Shown piece by piece: positions 60,138 to 64,000 of a stretch of 64,000 bases of DNA. Position numbers and translations under genes: made by a program. The number at the start of each line of letters is the position of its first letter. Within the stretch, counting starts at the first letter, position 1. Under the pieces are notes generated by a model that was not told the origin of the DNA, made no database searches, and saw only the letters and a program-made list of their open reading frames with translations. This stretch comes from Thermoanaerobaculia bacterium (GTDB lineage Bacteria; Acidobacteriota; Thermoanaerobaculia; Gp7-AA8): assembly GCA_017883235.1 (NCBI GenBank), contig JADGNY010000004.1:14161-78160 (forward strand), in the 5' to 3' direction.

Positions 60138-61811
60138 ATGAACAAATTCGACATCGCACGCGCACTCGACGAGATCTCGACCTACATCGAGCTGCGCGAG
60201 AACAACCGGTTTCGAGCCCTGGCGTTCGAGCGCGCAGCACAGAGCATCCGCGCGATCGACGCCGAGCCCGCCGACCTCATTGCCAGCGGCGAGTTGATTA
60301 AGCTCGCGGGCATCGGCAAAGGCACCGCCGCCGTCATCGACGAGTTGGTGCGCACGGGGCAATCGAAGTACCTCGAAGATCTGCGCAAGCTATATCCGCC
60401 CGGGATTCTCGAACTGCTCCGCGTACCGAAGCTGGGACTGAAAAAGATCGGCATCCTCCACCAGAAACTAGGCATCGGCAGCCTTGACGATCTGGAGGAA
60501 GCGGCGCGAGCCGGACGCCTGGCGTCGTTGCCGGGCTTCGGAACCAAAACCGAACAATTCATCCTCGGCAGCGTCGAGAAGGCTCGCCGCCGCGAGTCAC
60601 ACTTCCTGCTGCCGATCGGCGTCGAGGTCGGCGAACAGATTCGCGGGCACCTCTCAGCCATCGAGGAAATCGACGACGCCGAGGTTTCCGGCAGCGTGCG
60701 GCGGCGGCTCGAGGTCATCCGGAACGTCAACATCGTCATCGCCACGCGCGCGCAGGAGCGCGTCGTCGAGGCGCTTGCCGGATTCGTCGAGCGGATCGAA
60801 CGGATCGACGACGACACGGTGAAGGCATTCGCGCGCAATGAGATCGCCGTCTGGTTCCATTTCACCAAACCGGAGGCCTTCGGCGCGACGCTGCTGGCCA
60901 CCACCGGTACTCCCGAGTTCGTGGCGGCGTTCCTCGCGCGCGGTGGGAAACTTCGCCGTGCACGCACGGAAAAAGAGCTATTCGACAAAGCCGGTCTGGC
61001 GTACGTCGATCCCGAAAGACGGGAGAACGGCGACGATCTCAAACACAGACGCCACCGCCGCCTGATCGAAGTGTCGGATCTTCGCGGGACGTTTCACGTA
61101 CACACGACCTTCTCCGACGGCCGGAACACCGTGCACGAGATGCTGTCCGCCGCCCATGAGCGTGGCTTCGAATACGTCGGTATCTCCGATCACTCGCCCG
61201 CGGCGTTTTACGCCGGCGGTCTGAGCGTGGAGAAGCTCCGGCAGCAACAGAAAGAAATCGCCGCGAACGAGCGCGGCGTCGCACCGATGCGCGTCTTCCG
61301 CGGTACCGAGGCCGACATCCTCCCGGACGGCACCATCGACTACGACGCAACGACGCTGGAGAAATTCGACTTCGTCATCGCTTCGATCCATTCGCGTTTC
61401 CAGATGACGAAGGATGAGATGACCGAGCGCATGCTTCGCGCGCTTGACAACCCCTGCGTGACCTTCCTCGGCCATCTGACCGGCCGCAAGCTCCTCTCTC
61501 GAGACGGATACACGATCGATTACGAGCGCATTTTCGAGAAGGCCGCCGCCCGCGGCGTGATGATCGAGATCAACGGCAACCCAACCCGCCTCGACATCGA
61601 CTGGCGCCACGTCCGCCGCGCCCTCGACCTCGGCGTCGGCTTCGCGATCAACCCCGACGCCCACTCCGTCCACGAGTACGCCGCGCTCATCAGCGGCACC
61701 TGGGTGGCGCGCAAAGCGGGGCTGTCGGCAAAGGAGATTTTCAACACGAAGCCGGTTGAGGAGGTATCCGAGTACCTGAGGAAACGCCGAAAACGGCCGG
61801 CTGGACACTAG
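60138..61811 (+). CDS. polX: DNA polymerase X family protein with C-terminal PHP phosphoesterase domain.
   Basis: N-terminal HhH (KLAGIGKGTAAVIDEL), Pol-beta-like palm, and PHP motifs (HVHTTFSDGRNT, GISDHSP). The internal ATG at 60138 avoids overlap with pyrF. Confidence 0.9.
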   Translation: MNKFDIARALDEISTYIELRENNRFRALAFERAAQSIRAIDAEPADLIASGELIKLAGIGKGTAAVIDELVRTGQSKYLEDLRKLYPPGILELLRVPKLGLKKIGILHQKLGIGSLDDLEEAARAGRLASLPGFGTKTEQFILGSVEKARRRESHFLLPIGVEVGEQIRGHLSAIEEIDDAEVSGSVRRRLEVIRNVNIVIATRAQERVVEALAGFVERIERIDDDTVKAFARNEIAVWFHFTKPEAFGATLLATTGTPEFVAAFLARGGKLRRARTEKELFDKAGLAYVDPERRENGDDLKHRRHRRLIEVSDLRGTFHVHTTFSDGRNTVHEMLSAAHERGFEYVGISDHSPAAFYAGGLSVEKLRQQQKEIAANERGVAPMRVFRGTEADILPDGTIDYDATTLEKFDFVIASIHSRFQMTKDEMTERMLRALDNPCVTFLGHLTGRKLLSRDGYTIDYERIFEKAAARGVMIEINGNPTRLDIDWRHVRRALDLGVGFAINPDAHSVHEYAALISGTWVARKAGLSAKEIFNTKPVEEVSEYLRKRRKRPAGH

Positions 61812-61818
61812 CGGAGAA

Positions 61819-61863
61819 GGTGGCCGAGCCTTGGGCAACCAGCGCCGCCGGCCGTGCCGGCCT
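61819..61863. repeat. REP-like repeat, core copy 6.
   Basis: GGTGGCCGAGCCTTGGGCAACCAGCGCCGCCGGCCGTGCCGGCCT, directly after the polX stop. Confidence 0.75.
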
Positions 61864-62029
61864 GGCACGGATGTTCCATTCTTGTGGATATGCTCTTTGT
61901 GACCATCCCTTGACCTGGGGCGGAGAATACCTGCACAATCTTCGTCGTTAACCTCCCAAACCGCTCGCAAGTACCTCTTCGCAGCACCTCTGCTTTGCAT
62001 TTCCCTGGCTTCCCTAAGCAAGACATCAA

Positions 62030-62608
62030 TTGGACATCCGAACAGTCGAGTTCCACCGCGCGGCGTACAAGCCCGACGACTTTCCGACTGACCGCAGACC
62101 GCAATTCGCAATGGTCGGTCGCTCCAACGTCGGTAAGTCGAGCCTCATCAACGCCGTTCTGAAACGCAAAGCAGTCGCGCGTGTGAGTCAGACGCCCGGA
62201 AAAACACAGGCCATTCAGTTCTATCTGATCAACGATCGCTTCTACATCGTCGACTTCCCCGGTTACGGCTACGCGAAAGTTCCGAAGGACATCGCCCGCT
62301 CCTGGGGGCAGCTCGTCCGCGGTTACCTCGAGAGCGCCGATGCTCTCCGGCTGATCTTCATCCTTCTCGACGCGCGGAGAACTCCCAGCCCGGAAGATCG
62401 TCAAATGCATGACTGGACCACCGCATCCGGAATCGACGAACGGATCCTTCTGACCAAAAGCGACAAGCTGTCCAGCAATCAGCTCACGAAGAGCCGGACG
62501 GCGATCGCGAAAGAGCTCGAGATCACCGAAGACAGGCTCATCGCCTGTTCCACCATCACAAAGACAGGAATCGAAGCCGTGCGGCGCGAGATCGCATCGC
62601 GTCTTTGA
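62030..62608 (+). CDS. engB: Ribosome biogenesis GTP-binding protein YsxC/EngB.
   Basis: [18 protein letters not shown] (G1), [14 protein letters not shown] (G4). Confidence 0.9.
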   Translation: MDIRTVEFHRAAYKPDDFPTDRRPQFAMVGRSNVGKSSLINAVLKRKAVARVSQTPGKTQAIQFYLINDRFYIVDFPGYGYAKVPKDIARSWGQLVRGYLESADALRLIFILLDARRTPSPEDRQMHDWTTASGIDERILLTKSDKLSSNQLTKSRTAIAKELEITEDRLIACSTITKTGIEAVRREIASRL

Positions 62609-62640
62609 CTCGGGGCCACAATCTAACGAGGTTCAATCCA

Positions 62641-64000
<1,360 letters not shown>

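Noticed and set aside
62600-62640. tRNA-like T-loop string GAGGTTCAATCC just before rho.
   Set aside because: No acceptor or anticodon stems can be drawn. It is the rho ribosome-binding region (AACGAGG...ATG).

Overview
This 64 kb window looks like a high-GC (about 65-68 %) chromosomal segment, probably from an Acidobacteria-like genome; IPTL-CTERM-type C-terminal sorting signals and many secreted beta-propeller/FN3 proteins support this. About 60 protein genes are supported. Housekeeping core: eno, murB, coaX, ggt, rpiA, glgC, aroA, pyrF, polX, engB and rho (5' part).

The most notable content:
- A translationally coupled gas-vesicle-like GvpF/L + GvpG + tandem ArsA/Get3-type ATPase operon with no gvpA, gvpN or gvpJ nearby.
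- A 155-bp palindromic MITE-like element inserted in frame into the linker of that ATPase, with a second copy fused to the 5' end of ggt.
- An array of about 20 21-bp units with junction palindromes (partition-site-like) downstream of ggt.
- A low-GC toxin-antitoxin-chaperone (HigB-HigA-SecB-like) island with a palindromic operator.
- A 45-80 bp REP-like repeat family with 6 copies, all at gene 3' ends.
- An IPTL-CTERM paralog pair, one copy decayed and read through into rpiA.
- An IS remnant with 44-bp terminal inverted repeats.
- A LolCDE/LolA-like export cluster with a NarL-type two-component system.
- Several conserved intergenic hairpin/motif elements.

No rRNA, tRNA or CRISPR array was recognised.
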